A stretch of DNA of 63,731 bases, counting the filler, from Sluysia triapertura (lineage: Eukaryota): the NCBI GenBank assembly GCA_046118255.1. It is 5 parts of 5 records of this genome, joined end to end, with 100 filler letters (N's around TTAATTAATTAA, not from the genome) between each part and the next. Parts side by side here need not be neighbours in the genome. Positions count along the whole stretch, not along the records: positions 52,911 to 63,731 come from JBJNIA010193051.1; 4 more parts are not named here. One strand, 5' to 3'. Below the pieces are notes generated by a model, which did no database searches, was not told the DNA's origin, and saw only the letters and a program-made list of their open reading frames with translations. Shown here in pieces: positions 52,911 through 63,731 of the stretch. The translations under genes and the position numbers were made by a program. Numbering within the stretch: the stretch's first letter is position 1; each line of letters opens with the position of its first letter.

Positions 52911-55900
52911 TATATATATAAATCGCCGCACGTGATTTATGACATTTCTTTGTTAAATTTAGTTTGTTTCAAAGTAGGAATTTTTTGTGAAATTAAATAT
53001 TAGATCTTACTTTATAATATCATATCAATTATTAATTTACGAAAAAAATTAATAAAGTTTTCTTTGTAAAGGATGACAAATTCCGACGAAAAAGATTAAT
53101 ATAACTTTTCCTGAATATTTTTTTTTCGTAATATTGTTTGGAATTTTCAGCAAAACTACCGTCAGTATCATTAATTGTCAAAGTAACCGTAAAATGCACA
53201 ATTTAATTCCAAATCGGAGCAAACACTAGTAACACTAATCTGCCAAAATTTTAATGACAACTGTCGGATATGGTGCTAAAATGTGGATAAGTTGATGTTC
53301 AGATAGGATTAAAATATTTCTTGTGTTTCTTACACAAAAATGTCATTTTACCTAGTATTTTTAACGTCAATTTTTAAATTTCATTTTATAACTTTTCTAT
53401 GGTTTACACCACCCAATAATTAATTGCAATTTCTTCATATTCAAAATTATACAAATGAATTTAGTCACGATAGGGACTATGTTTTTGATTTTTCATTTCC
53501 ATCGTACACTTTTCTATTCATGAAATGCTTCCGTTTAATCCGTCACTTTCTTAACGAGCTAATTAAAAGTGAATAATTATATTCTAAAACTTTTATTTTT
53601 TCTTGATTTCGATACACATATTGAATAAATCTTTCTATTTTCTAATTTAAAGCTTTTGTCACTTCTTTTTAGAATATTAGATTTTAATTACTTAAAATTG
53701 TCATTTAATTAAATTTATATAATTTATTTATCTTACAATATAAATAAATTATAATATGATCAAACCAATATTACATCAAAAAATTAAATATTATACAAAA
53801 GAAATGTCATGTTATTATGATTTACATCAAAGAAATTGATAATTGAAATTGAAATTAACAATAAAGAAAATTTAGAATTTATAAAACTTCGAATTTCCAT
53901 CTTTACCAACAAGTTAAGAACTGATTTCCAATAACTATAAAATAAATTTAATTGGTAAACTTTCAGAATTAAACGTTACAAGTAATTCGAATTAAAAGTA
54001 GCAGACAATTTAAAACAAATTTAAACATTTTGTAATAATTAAAGTTAAAAATAACATTTTAAGTAAACTTTAAATAAATGTAAATATTTTGAAACAATAA
54101 AATAACAACAAAGTTATTATTATTATTTTTTTTTCAGAGTGATTTAGTCATGCTTATATTTTATTATTTATATTTTGTTTACTTTATTAATATTTTTATG
54201 TTTATATTTCTTATTCGTAATAACTAAAAGGTTTAAAAAAATTTAATATAATAATTTCAAATAATAAGTTTAATGTAATAATTTTAATTCTAATTTTAAA
54301 AAATATTATTTGAAAAATACTAGCAATAAAGAATAATAATAATTTTAATATTTAATAGAATTGTAATAGTACTTTAAGTACTAATGCAAAAAGGAAGACC
54401 ATTTAAGGTCAATTAAGCAAAATACAATAAATTCTAAATTATTTTACATTCATTGTCAGTGTAAAATTTCAACGTGTTGTCAACATTTTTCAACGAATCG
54501 CTTTGTTGTCAACGAATTTACAATAACACCTATAACTATTCGATTTGGTTTAATTTATAAAATCCACGAAAATACTCAGAAGATTCAAATTATCATAATT
54601 CTCTGACAATAATTGATAAAAATCAACTTAAAATCTTTTTATCACATTTTAAAAAGAACTTTTACTGAAGTTCCTTGTAAAATATTTGTATAAAATACAT
54701 AGAATTTTGATTATCAAATAATGATAATTTCAATTATTCACGCATTTGATTATACATACTTGAACATTTAAATTTATATTGTAAAGTCTTTGTTTTCGTG
54801 AATAAATTTATAAATTAACCCTTTACTATCCTTATTTGTTAAGTAATTCACACATACTTATATTTATTAAAAAATTAGTAAGTAATTGAAAAATCTTCAC
54901 TTTATTTACATAAAATACGACTGCTTTTTTTCCGTACGGGTTTTAAAATCGATCCTGTTTAAAGGTGATGGAATACAAAATAAAACACAACTAATCTCAC
55001 TTAAAAGTGGACTTCTAATCAACTACTAAAGTCTCTAGCATTTAATTCATTGCATACTACTAGAAACAACTTGTATCTATTTACTAGTAACAACCCTTAT
55101 TCTAAGATTTAATCTAATCGAATTAGCTAATAAAATACCACCCTAATGTGCCTCTTAGACTAAATTATTTTGACCTGCAAAGTTTTCTATTAAAGTTGGC
55201 TATCTTTTGTGGTGGCCAACACCTTTACACAAAATTTTATTACATTATATCACACCAAAAATCATATTCTCACAACACCTAAATCATTCATTACATCAAA
55301 AAATCATTAAATTTGTATTTAAAATTTAAAAAAAAAGAATAAACTAAATGGAATTTCTTTTAACATCTTTAACTTCACTAATTTGTGATATTATTTATAT
55401 TCTTGATAAAACTGAATATTATTTTGATTTTCGTTTTTAACTTTGCATATTTTAGACAAATAATATTTTTAAATGTGAACGTAATTTTCTATGGATAATA
55501 AATTTCGTAGTAGTTATGACGATATTAAAAATTAATTAATCGAAAATGATATTCCCGTATTGGGGTCCAAAATTACTTTAGATGCAAAAGGAGAATTAGT
55601 TAATCATTGAAGTTGGGTATGACTGAGAATATACCTGATGCAGATGATTTGCCAAACTCAATTATTTCATGCGGTGACACACCGATTGCATATAATGATC
55701 ATAATTATATTGGTCTCAGTGAGTTGAAATATTTTGAAACGCAGCTCAATATTATAAAAATTCTAATCATTGTTTAAAACGAATTGATTTAGTAAGTCCA
55801 TAAAATATAAGAATATTACACCGTATAGTTCCAGCAATATAACTTTATGAAGCAATTATAATAGAAGAAAATATTTTATTTTTATATTTTTCATTATATT

Positions 55901-56999
55901 ATTATTATTTATTCAACATTTATTATTATTATTATTTTTATTATTATTATTATTACATTAATTTTAAAAAAATTAATTATTGTTGTGTTATGCGTGAGAT
56001 TGATTGTCTCTCAAGCTAATTAAAAATGAGACATCAACAATTTCTAATTATTGTTTTCATGTGTAATTACTAAATACCCAATAAAATTTTAATTTAAGCC
56101 ATGATTATTAATTGACTTTCAGTTAATTAAAATCAATGCAATTTTTAGTGTCAACATAATCATATTCAGAATAAAATTTTTAAAACTTATATAAAAATGA
56201 TCATGTTTAGTCGTCTTTATTTCTTTCATCAACGAATTATATATCAAAACGGTATATGATTAAAACTGAATTTGCATTATATTTCGAGGTTTCATTTAGT
56301 TGAAGAAATAGTCAGATACTTAGTTTTATTAAGACAACAGCTGTCAACTAATATGCAATATTTAGATTCATTAACTATCCAGATTATGCCTGTTATTTTC
56401 ATACTGATGATGCTTTACATGATCAATGCCTAAATTTCTATTTGTTGTTACAAGAAAGTTCATCAATTTCTCAACTTATTGACACCATTAAGTTATGTCA
56501 ATTTTACTTACAACGTCAGGATGATGCAACAACACATGATAATTCATGATAATTCATGTGCAAGTTCATGAACACAGAGACGATACATAATAGATTACAG
56601 GTACGGTGTTGTAATTTTTATGTTAATTTTAATTCTTATCTTTATCTGTTTTCTTCAGTTAGAAATATTAATTGAAAATATTATTATCTAATTTTATAGT
56701 GCTATTGACTGCTTTGGATATTACCAGTTACATTTGGATATGTTAATCATTAATGCATTGAATATCACTAATCGATTATTATTTATTGCTTTGGACATTA
56801 CCAGTTATGTGTAGTTTCGAGCAAATGCAATATCTGAATTAAAATGTTAAACTTAAATAAAAATTAAAGTCGCACTAAATCAAACAGAAAGTCAAAGTGA
56901 AAATTAAACTATTACTTTTGTAAAATTTATTGTTTTTGTTGAGTTTAAAAAATTTACTTTAATGTAATTCAATAATAATTAAATTCAATAATTAAATTT

Positions 57000-59900
57000 C
57001 TTCTTCAAACAATTCTGAATACTTTTTTATGTCAATAAATTATTATATACTTGTAATAAATTAAACAATTAGGCTTTCGATACAAATTCTCAATATATTT
57101 AAGTTATTTTATAATAGATTCTCAACTTTAGTCAATATACACTTTAGTCCTCGATGATACTTTATATATCTTCTCTTATATAAATTATTTTTCGTCAGCA
57201 GCAACTTAAACTTTCTATCGTTTGTTTATTCTATCTAGAAGTCTGAGTTCGGATACTCGTTCTGATGACCTGGAATGGAAATTAGTCTTATTTTATTGAA
57301 ATCAAATTTCACTTTATTTAGTAAGAATACTTGAGTTTATCTTAGATTATCAAATCGACGAAATTTATTTTGTTTAACTTAGTCAATACACTTTAATCCT
57401 ATTCTAATCATTGAAACTAAATGTTTTTTCTTTTATCTTTTTATATCAATTTTATATTCTTCTTTGGGGCTCTCCTTTCTACTAATTAAAGACATTAACA
57501 AAACTCGAACACAAAAACTAAAAATTTTATTAATAAAACAATGTTAATTAATTTATACAATAAGATTAATAAATCATATAAATAGTACAATGATGATTTT
57601 AAATATTATTATCAAAGTATTTTTTAACTCAGATATATAAGTAATAAATATTATTAGCTGTTCAATTACTAATTTATAAATATGTTCACGAAAAAAATCG
57701 TTCGGTTGTCAATAACAAATTCACGAGAATAACTGTCTGTATTGCTGATATAGATTTATCCACGGAAAATCTCGATCTCAAACTTCTCCCAGTAAAATAA
57801 TAAGTATTGTATAAATTGTGAATTGAATTGTGTGTTATGAAAAGAATTTTGTTTGTATTTATACTTTTTTAAGTATAAGTTATTTATTTTATAGTAAGTA
57901 TTAATTCATATTTAATGTAATAATAATTGTCTCATAGTAATAATACTCATAATAATAGTAGTAATAATAATTTTATAATAATTGTCGTTTATAAGTTATA
58001 AATAGTAAGCTACATAGTGAATAATAATAATAATAAGTAATTTATTCTATAGTTAATTCATATTTAATAATAATTTGTCTACTAGTCATGATACTCATAG
58101 TAACAATAGTAATAGTAATTTTATAATAATTGTAATTTATAAGTTATAATAATACTAATAGTAAATAATAATAATTATAATTATAAGTGACTGAATAAAA
58201 AGGTAATAATAATTCAATGATATCTATAATAATTATTATTAAATTTTGTTATTAAAGTTTGTTAATAAATTTTGATTATATACATTCTATATTAAATCTT
58301 ATTTCAAAACGATTTTTCTCGATTATAATGCTTCTAAATTTGATATAACATTATTCTCTCTACTCTGCCCAATCTTTAATTTTAATTAATTTAATCGAGA
58401 ATATGTTGTTAATCTTTCATTGTATATTAGGTCTATTCAATCTCAATTTAATTTCATATTATTTTTATATAATCTCATTTTAAAAAGATTATCTATTTTA
58501 TTTTAATTGTTATTAGTTCTTAAATTTTGAATTTATATTGACTCTATTAAATCTCATTTTAAATTGATGAAAAGCATTATAAACTTAATGAAAATGATTT
58601 TAATTTAACTTTAAAAATAATTTTTATTTTAAATAAATTTAAATTAAATCAATTTTAGATTTAAAAAATTAGTGAATATTATGCTACATTATTTAAAATG
58701 AGTTTTTGTACTTCTTTGCAAAACTTAAATGTCTTTGAGTACTTTATTATATCGATAATTTATACACACTTTCAATCAATATATTCTGTGTTTACAATCA
58801 ATATAACTTTCTTTATGTACTCTTACTGTTATCCTCAATTCTTAATCAATATGCTCACTTTACTCTAATCTTAACTAATCTTTGATGCAAACTTTATAAA
58901 ACGTTACTATGCTTCAATGCTTTAAATTATTTTCACAACGAATTCTTGATTCTTACCAATATGTAATTTTTAATCTTCAATAAGAGTCTAGGGTTAGTCA
59001 GTTATACAAATTAGTAATCGTTAATAACAGTTTAAACTCTCTTAGTAATTATTTTACTTCCTAATGCCTATATGTCAAACTTATTGTATGGAAGCGTAAG
59101 ATCGTATACTCGTTTCGGCGACCTGAAATGAAAACGCAAAAATACGTTTTTATTTTTTCTTAAAAGAAATCGATTTTTTGTTCTTTCTAATGAGGACTCT
59201 CGGATATAACTTTGATTGATATTATTTTAGTTTACTTTTTCCTTTTGAGACTGTTCCTTTTAATTAAAGCTAAAGACATAAAAATTTATTAACGAAATAT
59301 TTAATTGATTTACAGATATTTCATACACGTTATAAAATTTAATAAATTTACAAATAATAAAATAATTAAATTATGTTATAAAATTTATTAATATTAAATT
59401 CGGACATGTAAAAATTATTACTATCTGATCAATCAAATGAATCTTCAAACTGAATTTGTCCACGAGGAATAAAATCGTCAATATGTTCTGAACTTTAAAT
59501 ATCCTTCTGTAATCTTTATCGTTTCTCCTTATCTTGTGTTATATTTCCTTTCATAATAATTTTACCAATAACATTTATATCGATAATAATTTTATTAATT
59601 ATATCAAAACTGTATACAATCTTTAGTATCAATTGTTTTTTCAATTTTATTACATCGATAATAATTATATCAAAACTATACATAACATAATAATTTTATC
59701 CTATAACTATAAATAGCAGTATAATAATTTTATTCTATAATTGTATCAGTACATAATAATTTTATTCTATGATTGTAAGTAACAAAGTAATTACAATTGT
59801 AAGTAATAGTATGATAGTGGTAGTTACAAAATAGTAATAATGGTAATTACAAGCTGTCAATAATAATTACTATTACTTTGTATGAATTATAATTTCTTAG

Positions 59901-60420
59901 TATGATATTAGTAGTTACAAGAGTAATAATAGTAATTAACTAATAATAATAATTATCATTACTTTGTCTGAATTATAATTTATTTATTCTTATTTTAATA
60001 TGATTATAACACTTAAATTTTATTTTTTCTGTCTTCTCAATCTTTAATTTAGGTTGATTTTGATCGACAATAATGTTAATTTTTAATTACATACTAGTTT
60101 TATTCATTTTCAATTAAATATAATTCTCATATTAGAATGACCTTTATGTTCTTAAAGTTTGACGTTACATTCTCTTTATAGAATTTCATTTTAAAATTAT
60201 TATTTATTTAATTTCAATTTTAAACTGATTACTATTTGTTATTAAATTTTGAATTTATATTAACTCTATTAAATCTAATTTTAAATTGTTATAAAGCACT
60301 ATAATCTTAATGGTAATGATTTTAATTTTTTTTTAAAAATAATTCTATTTTAGATAGATTTAAATTAAATAAATTTTAGATTTAAAATTGAAAAAAAGAG
60401 TTAATATTATGTTACACTTT
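57000..60420. repeat. Diverged direct duplication (period about 1.7-1.85 kb) of unclassified repeat DNA
   Basis: 57252 gatactcgttctgatgacctggaatggaa ~ 59106 tatactcgtttcggcgacctgaaatgaaa; 58360-58450 ~ 60028-60120; 58521-58690 ~ 60243-60418. The last block also matches about 12748-12818 on contig 1. Confidence 0.8.
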
Positions 60421-61982
60421 TACATTCATATTTCATGCTTGATCAATAAATTTACATAGAGTGATTTGGAAGTTCTGAGATATTTATAAAAACTGAATTA
60501 CCATTTCTACGACCAGAAACTCGTTCAGAGCTAATCTCAATGACGTGAGATATTAATTTTAACATGACTTCACTTAATTTAAAACTTTTGTAGGTTAATT
60601 TTTTAAATTAATAACTCCATTTTAGCCATAGAAATTTTTTTGATAATTTTGAAAGTAAAAGCTCATGAATCAAATTTGATCTAGAATACTTATTGCCTAA
60701 ACAAAAAATGACAATCTTCATTTTTAGGCAATTATCAATAAAACATTTAAATTTGCCACGTAGTAAAATTATTACTTTATAAATTTTGCTATACAAAATA
60801 AAGATAAATAAGATTTTAGAATATTTATTAAACACTTCAAAGCACGATCATCGGAATACAATGAAAATTTCTACAATTAAAAAGCAAAATAAATCACCTA
60901 ATAAAGGATTTGTCAGTTTAAATAATATTACATGTTCTGTAAGTAGACAGAAGTTTTGTAGTTTATATTTCTATTTATATCAAATCAAATTAGATAAAAA
61001 TATATAAAAAAAACTAATGTAAATGTTGCAACTTTAATTACTGATTGTATTGGAAAATCAAAGTATGAATAAATTGTCAAACATTAAAAATAAACCAAAT
61101 AATTTAATAACCTTAATATGAAATCAAAATTGTTATAGCTTGGAATAATACAAATCATTTTAACGTAAAATAAAAGAATAATTTTATCAATACTTATAAT
61201 TTTGTAAATGCAATGTCTACGCAGAGGACAAATGAATCAAATTCCAAAATAAATAAAACTCAAAATTTGGAAAATATTTGGAAAATCAATTAAAAGTCAG
61301 AATAAATCATTTGCAGTAATAAAAGCAGATGCAATGCTAAAATAAATAAACCAAAGTTACTTATAAGTGGTAAGCTTCTAGAAGTTAAACTAATTTGAAA
61401 CTAAATTAATTCAAAATTAATGAAAGAAAATATTAATTGTATTTTCAAAGTGTCAATACAAATCGAAAAAAATATATCAAATTTATTAATAACTAATAAT
61501 AAAGATAATAATAGTTTAATGTAATCAATTCCATCAATAAAGGTGAAGAAATTGAAACTATTGAATTAATCAGTAAGAACAATTTTCAAATCAAAAGATC
61601 TCATATGACACTGTTTATCAATGAATTCAAGAGTACAAATCAAAATTCAGACATTCTATAAATGCTTTCAGAATACCAATTATACCGAATGTACAGTAGT
61701 AAGTGATAGATCATATACCATGTACTGGATGTCATGTCAAAACATTTAAATATTAAAGCTTTAAAAGGTCATTGTTCTTTATAAATCAAAAGTATTGACG
61801 GATGACATATAGTAAATGTTCATGATAATATAGATATTATAATATTAGTTCTCTATTTTAATTTGTTAAAATTTGTTTAAAAATTAAAATAATTTCTTTT
61901 TCAATAACATTTCACATACTACCCACATTATTTTAAAGATAAAATTATTTCTTCACATAGTTTCAAAGTTAAAATTACTAAC

Positions 61983-62105
61983 CAATAATCATAGGATTGA
62001 TGTAATCATTAAAAATCCATGCTAGTGTCTTATTAGGTTGTATTGTATTTAAAAATTGATTTGAAAGAACTGAAAATGGTTCAAAACTTGAACGTAAAGT
62101 TTTAT
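61983..62105 (-). CDS. Putative 123-nt symmetric exon of an unidentified gene
   Basis: tgcag|ATAAAAC...ATTG|gttagt. Open reading DKTLRSSFEPFSVLSNQFLNTIQPNKTLAWIFNDYINPMIIG. Confidence 0.4.
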
Positions 62106-63206
62106 CTGCAGTAGCAAAAGCAAGGATATTTAACAAAATCACTATTACATACATAAAAATATTAATACAAAGTAAAAATAAAATTAACCTAATTTCATAA
62201 TACATAAAACAATTAAAATAAGTTGCATTATCGTTTCTTAATTTAATTAAAATTTTACATTACAATACTATTACATTACAATACTATATAGATGTAAAAA
62301 TTATTCTACTTAAACTAAGAATTATTCAAATCATAATACTAGAAAATAATTAATTGCTATTTTATTAAAATTAATAAAATTATTAAATCATTATAGACAA
62401 TAAGACATGAATAAAAAGAAAAGACAAAACATCTTAATATAATTTTAAAAATTATTTGCTTTTTTATAATTGTAATTTTTAATCAAAAATTTAAATTCAG
62501 ATATTCAATATATACATCAAAAATGATTGAAATATTAATTTTATATAATATTATTCAAATAATAATATTTTTATGTTAAGCATTAAATGTAGGACATTTA
62601 TTTTCTAGATTACTTGGTTTCTGGGAAATTTCTAATATGTTGAGTTTAAAATTATTGGGGTTATGTTGCCGAATCCAAAGGACGTAAAAGTCTGCATATA
62701 GGTTAACTTAATAATAAAAAGTAATTCAGTTATAAAATTATTATATAAATTATAATAATAAAAATTTGCGGAAATTATGAAATTAATAATAAAAAAATTT
62801 AAAGTAATAATTAAAAAATAAAAGTAATGTTAAAAGTTATTATCGAAATAAATAAAATTAATAAGAATAATAATAAAATTTATAATAATAGTTAATAATG
62901 CAATTATTAAAAATTGTAATGATAAACCGATAAAACGCGTATAACAAGAAAGATTGCATTGTGACTTTAAAAAGCATTAAAAATCTTAAAATATGTTTTA
63001 AGGTATAAAAGTACATTTGTTAATTAATTAAAATATTCCTTGTAAAATACCTCTTGATTAAAGCGATATTTTTGGAAAAGAAAAATATTGCTGTAACTTA
63101 TTCTTAATAGAAAATTTTAAGGTACATTACGTTCTATATGTTGGGGTAAAAAGGCCTAAGGTGCCATTTGGTAAAATTGACTATAATAAAATAAAATTGT
63201 TAGACT

Positions 63207-63277
63207 GGGCTGATAGCTCAGTGGTAGAGCATCGACTGTGCAGATGATAGTCCCGGGTTCGATCACCGGTCAGTCCA
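63207..63277 (+). tRNA. tRNA-Ala(TGC)-derived gene, probably a pseudogene or tRNA-like RNA
   Basis: Acceptor stem GGGCTGA/TCAGTCC with G3.U70 and A73, D arm GCTC-AGTGGTA-GAGC, T arm CCGGG-TTCGATC-ACCGG, TGC at the anticodon position, TTTT immediately downstream. The anticodon stem does not pair and U33 is G. Confidence 0.7.
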
Positions 63278-63398
63278 TTTTAGGAAGTCTAACATATGCG
63301 TATTTTAGCCATAAAGTTAAATAACAATAAGTAATAATAATTCATAAATTTTTAAAACTCGTAATAATAAATTAGTTCTAATAAAAATTTAAATATTA

Positions 63399-63457
63399 TT
63401 AACACTAGAAGGACCAGAATTTTTAATAGCTAGAAGGCCCACGTGCGTCAATTGACG
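63399..63457 (+). mobile_element. Solitary piggyBac-like terminus remnant
   Basis: TTAA-CACTAGAAGGACC, a second ctagaaggccc and the palindrome cgtcaattgacg. Confidence 0.35.
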
Positions 63458-63481
63458 TAAATGCTTGCAATTGGCTGATAC

Positions 63482-63731
63482 TTTCAGAAGTGTGTTGGAA
63501 TTAAGATTATGACATCATCGTATTTTTTCATAATTTTCCTTATAAACTCCGGTGATGGCATTACTCAAATATGTCATTTGCATCAATATTATTAAATTTG
63601 AAAGCGTTGAGGGCTTTTTGGATTTAAGAATTTTTTGTTTTGTAAAGAAATTGTTGTGTAGGGAACTCGTCATTCGGTATCCATCATAATTCATCACACA
63701 ATATTCACTATGACTCATCTCATAAAGTTCA
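63482..63731 (-). pseudogene. Coding-like segment running off the window, one in-frame TGA before a putative donor
   Basis: Reads ELYEMSHSEYCVMNYDGYRMTSSLHNNFF...YEKIR*CHNLNSNTLLK|gtatc. Could be a terminal exon or a relic. Confidence 0.3.

Noticed and set aside
57262-57290. Hammerhead ribozyme core CTGATGA...GAAA
   Set aside because: No credible stem II, and the paralogous copy at about 59115 lacks the core.
36420-63731. Stop-codon reassignment (TGA=Trp or TAA/TAG=Gln) to explain in-frame stops in exon-like segments
   Set aside because: Intact cadherin, TPR and Kelch exons contain no in-frame stops, and the Kelch exon uses TGG for its Trp codons despite the AT bias. The relics contain all three stop types plus frameshifts, as expected for decay.

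Overview
Very AT-rich animal (metazoan) nuclear DNA from a draft assembly. It is not one locus: four 100-bp artificial spacers (44 N + TTAATTAATTAA + 44 N) join five separate contigs (1-15711, 15812-26893, 26994-41397, 41498-52810, 52911-63731). The clearest host gene is a five-exon minus-strand fragment of a cysteine-rich cadherin built from a repeated two-domain, four-exon unit. There are also single exons of a TPR protein and a Kelch protein, several stop-containing exon-shaped relics, and a tRNA-Ala(TGC)-derived element with a broken anticodon stem. Recognisable mobile DNA is all decayed: a non-LTR RT scrap, a Tc1/mariner transposase, a pogo/Tigger transposase with one TIR, a hAT MITE, piggyBac-type MITEs and a possible Kolobok MITE. 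Much of the rest is a mosaic of one large, old, unclassified multi-module repeat family seen on all five contigs. It carries a Gly-X-Y (collagen-like) 9-bp periodic tract and convergent TATA-type motifs conserved well above their surroundings. This family is the best candidate here for something undescribed (possibly an extinct virus-like or giant mobile element), but I found no capsid, polymerase or integrase motif, so that reading is inference only. All alignments were done by eye and repeat boundaries are approximate.
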